From the NCBI RefSeq assembly GCF_022539665.2, contig NC_081334.1, positions 744,001 through 808,000 of the forward strand: a DNA stretch of 64,000 nucleotides. Direction: 5' to 3'. This DNA is from Daphnia carinata. Taxonomy: Eukaryota. A program made the translations under genes and the position numbers. This document shows positions 1 to 13,100 of the stretch, one piece after another. Within the stretch, counting starts at the first letter, position 1. The number at the start of each line of letters is the position of its first letter. The notes under the pieces are model-generated. The model was given only the letters and a program-made list of their open reading frames with translations, had not been told where the DNA came from and made no database searches.

Positions 1-1596
1 TTTAGTTTTTTTTTGTATTCAGCATCAGTTTCAGTTTTTTTTTTAGAAAGACAAAGAAACGAAAAGCCCTAGGATTCTGACGAATTGTTTATCTTTAGTT
101 GGCGTCATCGGCTAGTGCTACCTGCTGTTTGTAGAATAGTCTAGTGTAGATTGATAAGGTTAAATCAATAGATGTTTGAATTGCACAGTTATATTTGCAT
201 AAATCTTTTTTTTTGGCTCTCTACTCTATTATGCATGTCCTTTCTAGGCTGTCTACCAACAGTTAAATGAACCAATCTGACTATTTCAATGGGCTGTCAA
301 TGATTGGAAACTGTGCGGTCGAATTGATGGACTCGCCTGAAGTCTCTGCATTTACAAACGCCTGTCCCTTATAGATCTGCCGTTGCTGACGACGTCAAGA
401 CTTCAAACATTTATTTTCATGTATGAATGTTCAATCAGTGGAAGCAGTAACTTGACTGAGCATCCCCTATCTTCATAGGTCTCATTCATTAGTCATCCTC
501 TATAGGCTGGCACATCCAAAGGAGCTGTGATATTTGCGTTACGTTCATTTTTTTTTCTTCCCAGCTTCGGAGGACCCTAAAGCCTCTTATTCTCGAATCT
601 CTAGCACGGCATCACTGGTTTCGTGCCCTTTGATGTGGCTCATTGTTCTCAAGTTGCTATATATAACGGTGCTGTACAGACGATCGATCTGGAAGGGCAG
701 CCGAGATTATCGATCTACGGGCACAAGGAACACAAGCCTGTATGTAGACCACTTATATTCTTTTCGTTTTCGTGCCATTCATGATGTTGGAGCACGACGC
801 TTTATTGTCCTATCGGCAAGTCATTGGCTTTCCTACTTTAGATGTATATACAGTACAGTGAATAGGAAGCGCCGTTAAAGTGGTGCTAAAGAATAGAAAG
901 AAACCACGTTCAACCCTCTTATGGCGCAAAAGTCCAATTCACAATTTTGTGCAGCTGTTTTACACAATATGGTGCACCCATACTGTGTACTGAAACGACA
1001 ATTTAACATATAGGCATCTACATTGTTAGCAACCATGTCTCACTCGTCGTTCGTAACTTTGAAATGCTGGCTAGAAAATGAGTAGGATGAATATTGTTGA
1101 TTTTTTGAACAGATTTCGAGCTCTGCAGTGTTATCTACTATTCTTTAAACTCTCCTGTTTCCTGTTATATAATAAATGTCTTAAGTATCATTTTTTTTCT
1201 TTTTTTTTTTTGCCCGTGTTTCGCTAATCCTGTTTTCTTTCTTTTCTGTCTAACATTTTGGACGATGCGTGGGCGGAACTCGTATAGCGGCCCATGCAAC
1301 AACAACAACATATTCTAGCTTATAAATTATATACCCCAAAATACACGCAGTATATAACAAACGTGTTCAAAATACAGCAATAACAACGCCATTTTCTAGG
1401 CTTGAAATTCAAGGGCGGTTCTCGAACACCGAAAGTAATGTTCTTCTATAGGTTTTTGTAGTAGAGCGAAATGAACCGGAACCAGCCTATTGTTAGCATA
1501 ATCCCGTTTAACACCAGCGGGCGGCGAAGGATATCGATCAATGATGCGAAACAGTCTACTCGCGCTAAACAGAAAAACTTGAAGCTCATTGAGTCA

Positions 1597-1618
1597 TCTC
1601 TCTCTCTCTCTCTCTCTC
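1597..1618. repeat. (CT)n microsatellite
   Basis: Direct reading. Confidence 0.9.
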
Positions 1619-4600
1619 CAAGTATAATCGTATAAGTACCAACGAGCTGGCCGAGCTACTGCTTGGATACGGTTTTCGTGCAGACCAATGTTGATCGAGA
1701 CGCACAGGGACGCCCACGTAACGAAATGGAGGTTTAGCGTGGGCGTGGTTCTTCGTGCGATTGCTTGCTTCTCTGCCAGAGGGTGTTGGCGAACAAAGTT
1801 GTTGAAGTGGTTGCATAGCCAAGATGAACTGCGTTGCGTGGGTGTTTGGGGATAGAAGGCGTTTTGCCTTCCCACAGTTATTACACCCTTGCACTCAATC
1901 ATTACGCCACCAGTTGAAATCCGTATCGATGTGACTGGGCCTCACGTAAAACATTATCTTGAAGGCGACAGGGTTTTCTTATGCTCTTAACATTTCACGG
2001 ACTATGAATTGACATTTGAAATTTGAATTCTCCAAGTTTTGCGTTGCGTTTATTTTCGTATTCATTTCACCAGTTGATGCGTTCAGAGTATGTCAGAAAT
2101 TGAGGGAATATAAGATTAGCAATCTTGTGAGATTTAATTTGGTTCCACGCTTTCTAACGTTGCTCTTCATAATACTACAGACTATTTTGATTTTTAGATA
2201 TTATGTATTTCAGTTACCGGCGTTTAGTAATTCGTAATAGCTGCTATAGACATGCGACTATTCAGATATTGATCAAAAATGTTATTTTTAGATTTAAAAG
2301 AGGTTACATTGTTCACTTCTAGGCAACAATGGATGTCGCACGCCATGGGCTACATCACTAGTTTCGACGCATACCATGTCAACAAGACGCGCACCTATCG
2401 AGCCTGGGCGCAATGTCGCGCTCGGTTTATTTTAGCCATTAATTTTAGAATATAACTGCAGTGATTTATTGAGTTCAGCTATACCAGGCTCCCCCCCCCC
2501 CTCCCAAACTTGCCACTACGTCACGGCCACGTCATTGAGTCAGCCTTCAACGCCGACGCACTTCAAAAACAATTTTTCTAATTGATTCCGGAGAAGCAAA
2601 CTAATAATTCAGTCCTGCGATTTAAAGCGCTCCGTGTCCCTGTCCTACACTGGATGTATATTTTCTTTTGTTTTTCTTAAATTCAAACAGCAGTGCAGTT
2701 AGCACACGGTCGGTTGACTGCTGTGCTAGTTTGTTTTTTGTTTTTTTCGGACCCGGCCGATAGGGATACGTAGACAAACAACATTTCCTACTATAGATTG
2801 GAAGCTTTCGCTCCCCAAGCACTCGCAACAAAGAAAAGGCTATAATAAAGAGCTTTCAGAAATTTCTGTGTTCTAAACTAAAGTTTTCGCCGTTCCATAG
2901 TTGCAAGCAAAAGTTATGAGGACACAGCCAAAACAAATGCATTTATCTTATTTTTATTTTTAAATTCATTTTGAGTTTACTTTTTTCCAAAATCTACTGT
3001 ATATAAACGATGTTATTGATCTGTTAGCAACTAGTCGATTCCTAAAAGCGCGTTGAGTGATCTTTCAGATTTATGGATAGCGCAGATGGCATCAGCTATA
3101 CAAAAAAAAAAAAAAAACTACGCGCCGGAATGCGTGGTTGAGATTAATAGCCCTTACCAGTGGAACAATTATGTGCAAGTGCGTATGCATCACTGCGAGG
3201 GCGGTGAGAACATTTCACGAGTTCGGCGTTAGGACAATTGCCTGTCGAGGTTCGGTTGCCAAACGTTTTGGCTGGAAAGCCTCTTACTTCAAACCGGATT
3301 TCTTGTAAGACGTTCCGTGAACTGCATCGGCGTATAGACTCAACCACCGAACAAGAGCAGTGTGGGAGTAGCTTGACGTGACAGCGTTATCGGTCAAAAT
3401 TCATTGAGCATCATGCTAGCCTCGTGGGGAAACAAAAAGCTTGCATAGCCCCAATTCTCTTTGTTGTCTGACGCAAGAAGAAAAGAAGAAAATTGAAAAT
3501 CATTGATAAATATGGAATCGCTGTATGACGTAGACAATCTAAATAAAACAGAATCATTTAAATCGTCAAATCGATATTAGTTTTTGGTGGCTTATTCGAG
3601 TCGGTTGTTATATACGCATAGATCTTGGTTGTCACACGTGAGACAACGTGACGTCAACAAGTGCCATCGGGAGTCGAATGGCTGTGCGATGCCGGATATG
3701 GAACTGCGATTGGCTCTTGCCAAGTGCTCGTAATGCCAACAGGCTAAAGGACCCTTAATGTCGTTAACCAAAAAGCTATGGCCAACTTTCTACGGCCAAG
3801 ATCCTTAGGAACTATGCCAGCATTTTACCTGTTAAGCTTGCAGAGTGATCTTTGTCATCGAGTTAATCAATTATAACCGCCAATCCCCACCTAGCTTTAA
3901 CAATTAAAACAACGTTAGTTAGTTTAAGGTCTCAGCAGGGGTTAGTGTCATCAACATCATTCGCATGTTTGGCATGGTCTTTCCTGGAAAACGCTCGTTC
4001 CGTTGCTTTTGAGGTCTCGGCTTATATCCATTACACTTTACGTATACAATGCCCACCGTAAGTTGTTGTTTCGCAATTGCTGGCAAACTCAGCAACTTCT
4101 TGCCTAGAAGAAATCTGATTATGTGTCAACAACTTTTCCTGCGATCCTAATGCTCATTTGTGTGGGGCCCCTGTTGCGACATCAACATCGACGTAAACAT
4201 TGCGTCTTATATCTTCGCAGTTTTCAGTAGCTCATTCTTTTAATTGAAACTATTTCTATGGTATCTTTTTCTTGGCCATTTATGATATTCAAACTCGGAT
4301 GTTTAGCCCATCGCTGAATGAAACACGAATGTAAAGCTGTTGCGAGCGACATAGCGCTTTAAACTCAAAGTTCATGCTGTGCTTGAACTTGATTAATCAA
4401 TGTTATTTAAGGCGTACGGCATGCGGTGCAACCGTTTGCTCAATTGGTGAATGCAGCGAGCTCATTTCTACCAGCAAAATGGCAAAGTTTTTGGGGAAAA
4501 ACAGGTGGCGGTCTGCCAGCCAGTCTGGCAACTTTGGTGTCGGAAAACACCAAGTTTGGCACGGAACGGAAACTCTGCCGCCATGCGGTCAATACATAGC

Positions 4601-7600
4601 AGTGCGTGTCACGTTGAGGGAGTGCGACGGAAAAATACGTCATTATATATTCATGGAGTTGGGTATCCATGAAACTGGCAGTAAAATAGAAATGCCCCAT
4701 AGCACATCCGTATTTTGTTCGACATTATTTTGTATACATTACGTTTCAAAATTACACGAAAAGTTTAAAGCATAGCACAATTGGAGGAGGCATATTGGAG
4801 CATAAGTATATTCGGCTGGCATTTTAGGGTGCATGTACATTCAAATGCCTCCCGCACTCTCCATCCGAAGGCACCTGTGTCATTAACTCAAGTGGTATTA
4901 ACTAATTAACCAACGCACACATATTACAGGATAAAACTAATTGGGTTTCCATATAATCGTGGTGAAAACGGCCTTCTCTATATTACGATGCAATTGCGAG
5001 TGAAGTACCAAATATCGGTGGTCGATCGCTTTACACCTGGCCAAAGCCGAAATCTATTTCGGGCTTTCTACAGCAGTGCTGCGCCATCCAGTCATGCACA
5101 CACTGGGTCGTATTTAATAAAGTACAGTATAAAAGAATATCACTGTTTATTTTTCGCCATTCTTTTAATAACAAAGGCAGAGCTTTTGCATTTTTTTCAT
5201 GCGGACGTTAAAATTTTTTTTTATTATGTTCAGTTGGAGTTCGGAAGTTCTATCCGGTACGTGGGACGTATTTTCCGAAATCATTTGTTTTTCAGGTAAC
5301 ACGTGCCCGGAAGACGTAGAACGAAGCCGGTTGATTCAAGCAAATAGTAAAATAAAGGTTAATTGTTTAAATCAAGAAAACATATGCGTGAAAACGTACG
5401 ATAAAAAACTTTTATTGATTTAACGAAGGAAAGCACAACTTGGCCATTCAGCCTGGCGAATTACGTGGAACTCATCGTTGCAGTAACCAGCCAGCCGGCA
5501 TTGAAGTTACGTCATTCATATGCATCACATCAATTATTTCAGGGATGAATGCGTTTTCCTCTAGTTGGCCCGTCTGATAACGGGAATCTGTCTTGTATAT
5601 CTATGGTGGAAATTTCTCATTTAATGCGGAACGGGAATCAAAAACTTTAGCCCAACGTACACAAAGTAGGGATTTTAAGATTTACAAATTTCGGCTTCAC
5701 TTAAACAAAGCTGGGGTTTGAAATGTTGAACTTAAAAAATGGAGAAGGGTCTATGCTAACAGTATCAAATGAACTGCAATTAGTTCGTCGTATGCAAAAC
5801 GTTAATTCCTGTGCATCCCACCGAAGAACAATATTATAATAATAACTGTACTGGTTACTGATGTATGAAATGAAAGCATGCATGGAAATAATTCGACACT
5901 ATAGATGATTCATAAATTCTAAATGAAACATTGAAGGAAAAAAAAACATTTAAAGGAATTGAAATGGAAGCGGTTCATATAAGGCGCTTTTGTTGACTAA
6001 TAGATGAAGACCAGTAGAATTACGATATAAAAATGATGAAAAAAGAGGGGGAAAAAAATCTAGTTTCCATAGATACGGGCATGCATATTTCATAAATAGT
6101 TCCGATGGAAAAGTCTGTCGTTATATGGATGGCATACATATATACTGTATACCAGAGCGTACTGGGCTAATAAATTTCCTACAATGTTTCGTTGATAAGA
6201 GCCCAGGGAAAAGTCACGGAAGATTGCAGCCGGACGCGTGCGGCAAATAGCCCGAGTTCGTCGTATTGTATTACCGCATTCCCCGTAGTGGTGGGTTCAG
6301 TCTGTTACACCGTGTGATCATTACAAGTCCTGGTATAGAGTTACAAGCTATTTCTGGTGAACAAGATGATCAAAGAAAGCTGAAGTTATTCCTCGACTGA
6401 AACACCTATAGTTGGTTAGCAAACATAGTTTAAACCAAAAAAAAAAAATTTTCAAAGCATCGTGTTTTATTGCACCATAAGCCATGGATAAAGTGTAGAG
6501 AGAGAAATTACAGTTCAAGTAGGGCAACAGAAGAAAGTAGAGCAAGGCTGCGAACCGATTCGAAATGTAATTCTCGTACACATACGTTTGGTCAAAAGTT
6601 TATCGAATCTCCATGAATTTCGTGCAATCTGCCGTTTGAATGGCCATTTCACCCGACGAGCGTGAAGGGACCTTCACCTTAACCTACAGTCCGTTGAAAG
6701 GGAACGGTGTTACACACATACAGATTGATCAAATGGCTAAAACGAACGCTAGAACCTGAATTTCTGGGCAAAATACAGTTTGGAGGCAGATATAAAGTAT
6801 CTCCCCCAACCCCATCCCTCCCCCAAAAAGAAAAAAAAAATCAATACCTACATCTGTTTCAAAAAAAAAAAAAAAAAAAGAAAAGAATATAGGAAATTGA
6901 GCGCATAGAGTGTTCCTTTTACGTAATCTCTTCAACTGTGAAACGTATAAGTGTATCGCTTCTTTTGATTCCCTTAAAAGGAAAAAAAAATTCTGCTTCT
7001 AATGCTTTTCAACAATGTATTTTACAGGGGGAAGGGGTGAGGGGGCTGTTGCATTTTGTCTTGGGAAGGCTTTCGGATCAACCTACCTGGCCGTTGTACA
7101 TAGGAAGTCAATCTATAAAGGGCGTAGCAAGTGGCTAGCCTTGCAACATTGACTGGTATACAAAAATAATATTACTACTTGATTAATTTTTTTTTTTTTT
7201 TGCTTTTTGTACAACACACTTTCATACATAAGATCGCATTAAATATAAAGCACTAAGAAAATGAAGACTTTATTAGAACTGCTAAAGCAACAGTCAGATT
7301 GCCATGGTAACAATAGCAAATAGACTGCAAGGGTGGCACACAGCGCTATAGGTCGGTCTCAGATCGTTAACAGAATTTCTAAAGCCCAAATTGCTAATGA
7401 AGCTAACGAGCGACTTGTTAACCTTTCACATATGCCAAAGTAGGAAACCGTCAATAACTTTGTAGAGCACAGAAATGTCAAACAGACAAGAAATCAACAT
7501 GTAGCCAACATCTCTATGTCAAGCCGTATTTCACTTCCCTTTTTGAAATGTTCACTTAAACGAAATCATGTTCTCAAATATAAGCAAGGGAAAGGTAAAG

Positions 7601-9360
7601 TGGGTGACACCCACCACTCCACATCTTTCGCCTTTGCATTGAATATTTAAAAAATCAAAAAAAAAAAGGAAACAGAAAAATTCATTAGCACGAAGCCTTT
7701 GTATAGGCGTATCCCTTTTTTATGTCGTATATAAATTGAAAAGTCCAAAGTAAATTTTCAAAAGCTGAGAGGAGAATAAACGAAGGGATCTGTTACGATT
7801 CTTCGTCAAAGAACTGATTCGATTATAACCAATAACATTAAAAAAAAAAAAAAGGTTGGGTGGATTCGTACACGGGTACCAGAGTGGCGCGCAATCAGCA
7901 AAGCTAAAAATTACGTGAAAAAAAGGCGCATAATAAGGAAAAGATGAAGCTGAACATTCGTTGATTGCTTTTTTTTTTTTTGTTGAAGGGAATAAGAACA
8001 TCTGGCACAAGAGCGGCAATAAGCGGAGAGTGCGCCTCTCTCTTTCATATAGCGGGGACTAAACTTAGATAATAAAGCACAACGTTATTGGATTGGTTTT
8101 CACCTTTTGTGTTGGGAACTTGGGCGACGAAAAAACGCTATGCATAACCAACACCGTACAGTGGCACTCAATTTTCGCCACGTCCATATACTAGGAATCC
8201 CCGAAAAAGAGTCTCAAAGATGAATAAGAAAAAAAAAAGAGGGGTGGTGAGGTATTCGAAAAGAAAAGAAGAAAAAAAAAGAATCCCAACATTCTGGAAT
8301 CCGTACTACTGTTTTCTTAATTGGCTCTGGAATGTCGTCCATTCCTTTTGCTTCTCCACCTATATCCACTGTACTTTGTGTTTATTTTGTTTGTTTTGTT
8401 GTTTTTTTTTTTTTCTTCAGCAAAATGTTTGCATTTCCGCGTCTTTTCACCGCCTCTTCGTTGTCTAATGAAATTTAGTTTGCATCGCAAAATCATACGT
8501 CAATTGATTTCGATCTACTCGGGGAACCTGTTGAGACGCAAATAGAAAAAGATCGTTTATGCAAATAGTACGGGGGAGGTATATAAAAAATAGGCGCAGT
8601 CAAATCTGAAAGAGATACTCGAAAAAATAAAAAAAAAAAAGCCAAGAATAAAAAAGAGAGATAAATGGATGGAGTAGGCAAAATAAATAAACTGATTGAT
8701 TGATAGGGTAGAATAAATAAATAAAAAAAAAAAAGGGCAAAGAGGGAGCCAGTGAAGATCAGCGCCTGCGCTGCGCGTACCGCAAAGCTGCGGGGGCGGT
8801 TAAGAACAGCAGAGGGTGGAGGGACTGGCCTGCCCCCTTTTTTTTCTCTCTCCCTTTTTCATTGTGTAAAGACGTCATCAGACTTGGACGTTCTACAGTA
8901 GCAATTTGTCGCTGAAGAGGGAGAGGTGTGCGAAACGAGACGCCTTTCTTCTTGGGACTTGTTTCCTTTTTTTTGGTCAAACACAGTTGAAGGAGAACTT
9001 GCTGTTAACAAGCCGGCCGTGCTAGCGATTCCAAGTGAGAAACAGAACTGCTGGCCCCTTGTTAAAAAACAAACAAGTCTGTGATTCAGTGGATATCCCA
9101 TGGAATCGGCCGTGAAAACTCACTTGTGAACTGTTTTGCAGCTTCTGGAAACCGGCCCTCGCCCCTCCAAAAAAATTAAAAAACGTGACTGGAACAACAA
9201 AAAAAGAAGAGAGAGAAAAGTTTGAAATTGCATCTTCTTTAAGCATTCCCCGAAAACTCGTTCATTTTAAAATTTTTCATTCCTTTCGGCGACGTTTTCC
9301 TTTGTTTTGCCTATACTCATCCACCCACGCCTGTTTATCTGTTCTTCGCTTTACTTGTTT

Positions 9361-9424
9361 TATCCATCCATCCGAGAATTCCATCCATCCATCCATCTAT
9401 CTATCCATCCATCCATCGATCCGT
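9361..9424. repeat. Imperfect (ATCC)n microsatellite upstream of jeb
   Basis: Direct reading. Confidence 0.85.
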
Positions 9425-10185
9425 CTGTCTATTATATCCGTCCATTTATTTTGTTGGCTTACCATTGAGAGCAACGGCTGACGAAAAGTGGTGATTCAAA
9501 CTTTTCCGACTCGCGACAGAATAGCCACTCGACTGCTGGAACAGTTTGTCTTTTTTTTTTTTTGCAAGGTAAAGAAAAAAGAAAAACAAACAAACAAAAA
9601 AAAAAAAACAACTGCCGTATGAAAATCGTGTGGTTTTGCCAGCAAAATCCGACCCAAACAACCCGTTGCAGATTTGGAAAGGCCGGCCGCATTAAAAAAG
9701 TGCAAGGACTTGACAGATCGAAATTCACGCGAGCTTTTCTTGGCAACATCTATTTTGATTGCAGTCGTAAACCGTAAATCAAAATAAACATAGACACATG
9801 AATATAGTGATCCTCGGGTAAAGGATGGCTGGAGAAGAATGCCAGACGCATCACGTCTGCAAGCTGTTTCAGTCTTTGGTCCACTATCTCCGTTCCAGCA
9901 TTTGCCAAGTGTCCATAGCTTAATTGCACGCGGCTGCAATAACAAAAGGCTGTTCTCCACTTCTTAACAGTCTATCGCAATCATCACCTGAAGTAACACA
10001 TCCATCCACAACATTCAAGAAAACAAAATTGAAATCTAGAGTGACAAACAGTTTGGATCTAAACCCCCTCCGATTAAACAAAAAATTGAACTCGAATATT
10101 ATTAAAGGTTGATTCATAAGGAACACGTTTGGGCACGTAAAAGGAAGTGAAAAAAATAAATAAATAAAAACTAAACTAAACAAAC

Positions 10186-13100
10186 ATGCCGTCTGCGTGC
10201 ACCACGTCGATGTCGCGGGCCAGTAGACCACGTCACCGCGTCATAACGAGAAGCAGTGCGGCCCTGATTGGTTTGCTTATCTTGGGCTTGTGCGAAGTTG
10301 GAACTGTTCTCGTCGCCAAAGAGAGTGCTGCCGCCGTCCACAATGGACGCAGGCAACTGTCAGACAAGGCGCAGCAAGAGACGTGGCACCAGGAAAAGGA
10401 TCGTTTGCGTACCGTCCGTCGCAGTCAGGCCGGATGGGTTCAAGCGGCCGAACTGGAGCATGCGACCGCTTTACGAGATTCATCGGCTTTGTCTTCATCG
10501 TCGGCAACGTGGATCGAATCTTTCCTCCGTCACCAACGGGATCCGGTGATTTCGAACCGGGCGGAAGAACCGTCATCGGCGGATGCGGCCATGGACGCCG
10601 TCCCACCTGCGTATTGGCGCGAGTTGGATGCAGCCGCAGACGAGGCGGATAGCAGGAGCGGCGTACAGCAACTCAACTGGCACGAAGCACAACTCGCCCG
10701 TCTGCACGGATTGGGGCCAGCCGAAATCGCCGCTCTCTCTTCGTGGCAGCACAAGTTGAGGCTTCATTCTCTGCCTAATCGGCTGACGGCCACCACTGGC
10801 TGGCACTATCAGCCGCCATCTTTTCTGCCCAAGAACATGCAGCCGCTCTACGGCGGGCCGAAATCTTCGCTGCACAGCCAACAGGTTCTAACGAGCGTCG
10901 ACGATGCTGACGCTGTCCTAGCCAACACACCTGCCAACAGCCATCCGTTTGCCCATCAATTTGTCCATCAGGCCAATCAATCGAAAGCCGAGGCCAGTGA
11001 GAATCTACTTCTACTGCCCCTGTGGCCTAAACGATCGTCGTCTGACGCCAAGAAATCAGACAGGGAGAGCAACAAGAATCGCAACGCAGCCAACCGCAAA
11101 GAGAAAATGGAAGCCGGCATTGGCAATGTGGCACCGGCCAGCGGTAAGGGAAGCAAAACCAAAGGCTCTCGAAAGCAGCAACAGCAGCAACAACAGCAGC
11201 AGCAACACGTTCAAGAATCGCCCCATCGTCCGATGTCGGGCGGTGCGGTTGGGGGCGCCGGCGGAGCCATCCAGCACGAGCACAGCGTCCGGCCTTCGGC
11301 AGCTTCGTCGTCGACACCTGATGTCAATCGGATGAACCGTAACTTGGCTACCCAGTTCCTGTTGCGTTCGCCTAGAGAGAACCGCCAGTACGACGTTCCA
11401 ATAATCGGTGAGTCACGTGCACAGCAGTACGAAAATACCCCCCGCCTCTTTTGAAATGATCATTTTTGAGCAGCTTGCTCGTCGTTTGGAAAACGAACAA
11501 AAAATAGACATGGCTTTCCCTTTTTCACGATCGATTGCCCTCCCGCTGGAAATAATGCATCAACGCGCAGTTAACTATAGACGCCCGGAGCACTCTGATT
11601 CTACTGATTAACGATTGATGCTGATGGCTGATAGGGTCTTCCGTTTGTTTCTTTTTTATTTTTCTTTTAACCTTTCAAGCTATGATTATACAGTGTATTT
11701 CCATTGCATGCATTTATAGTGGTGTGCACACCATCTAGACGGTAGGCCAACCAGGTGCCCACGCATTTGGTACGAACAACATTCCCAAATGAAACCGAAC
11801 CATCTTCTTATTCGGCAAAACGTTGATACTTGAACGTTTGATTTATTTATTCCCATTTTTTTAACGTAGATTTCTCTGAAAAAGAACTGAATTGTGCAAC
11901 AACAAAAAACTGGGGGCCGATATGGACTCTTCACTTCGCGTGAAAAGTTTAGGGTACTTATATCGAAGGGGTGGCCAACCCACGCGTCCACCTACTCACC
12001 ACTTCTTTTTGGTCTCTTTTTTTTCTCGTTTGACGCACTTTCATTGTATTTGCACCGCTCATCGTGTGCGATTCATTTTCACGTGCATCTAAGTGGGGGG
12101 GGGGGGGGAATAAAGTAAAGAAGAAACCCAGTCGTTGTAGAAACCGACGAGTTGATGGCAAGGCCAAGAAAGCTCAATGAGGGGTAAAAAAAACAAAACA
12201 ATGTCAGTAAACAAATTGAAGGGCGGATAACCGGAGAGAATAGTTGCCGTGACTTAAGCAATATAGCTACACTTACGTAAGCCTTTTCAGCTGACAGCTC
12301 ATGTCACGTGTCACGATACACATCATTTAAAGAACTGTTAAGCGCCGTTGGGCGTTATGTGCATGTAACTTAATATACGCCGTCCAGTTATGTGCTAACA
12401 ATTGCACGCCTCTCTGCACATACACACACACATACACAACAAAATAAGAGAGCGGGAGCGAAATAAACATGTCTCCTTTCATAAGAAAACACGAAGAGAA
12501 ACGAAATGGATGAAAAGAATAAAGAAAAATAAATAAATAAACAGAGCGAAAGTATTTGTTTGTTGATCATAACCAACAATTCAACACCTGTAATGGCTTT
12601 TTCCATACTACTCTCCAACGTAGGCGGGCTTAATAGACATTGGATCTCGCCAGTGCTGTGCTTGGGGGGGGGGGGGGGGGGGGAATGTATTTTTTTTTTT
12701 TTCCTTTTTTATTATTATTTTTTTGTTTTGTTGTTGTTGTTGCATTGGGTGCCATTACCATCCCTGCTGAACGACCCCTGGTGTTTTCAGCCGTTACAAC
12801 GTTCTCCTGTCTGTCGATGACAGAACCCCGCAGCTATCGTTCTATTATTTTTCTCCCTCGTTTTTACACTCCGTTCGGTCGTTCTGGCCCTCTATCTCTC
12901 CTTTTTTTTCTCTTCTTTATTCTCTGCCTTTCTTTTCCCTTTTTCCTTTCCTTCGTCCTCCTCCTCTATCCGCCCTTTTCTCGATCGGATGACGTCAATC
13001 CGCAATGTGAACGCGTTGCGCGCATCGTTTACTCACACACGCATCCACAACAAAACTTGTTTTACGAACAGCTCTGTTGATATAATTTTCTTTTTTTTTC

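Noticed and set aside
1..10185. Many short ORFs in the first 10 kb
   Set aside because: Low-complexity poly-F/K translations from A/T runs, with no recognisable domains or consistent splice pattern. Most likely jeb upstream regulatory or UTR sequence.
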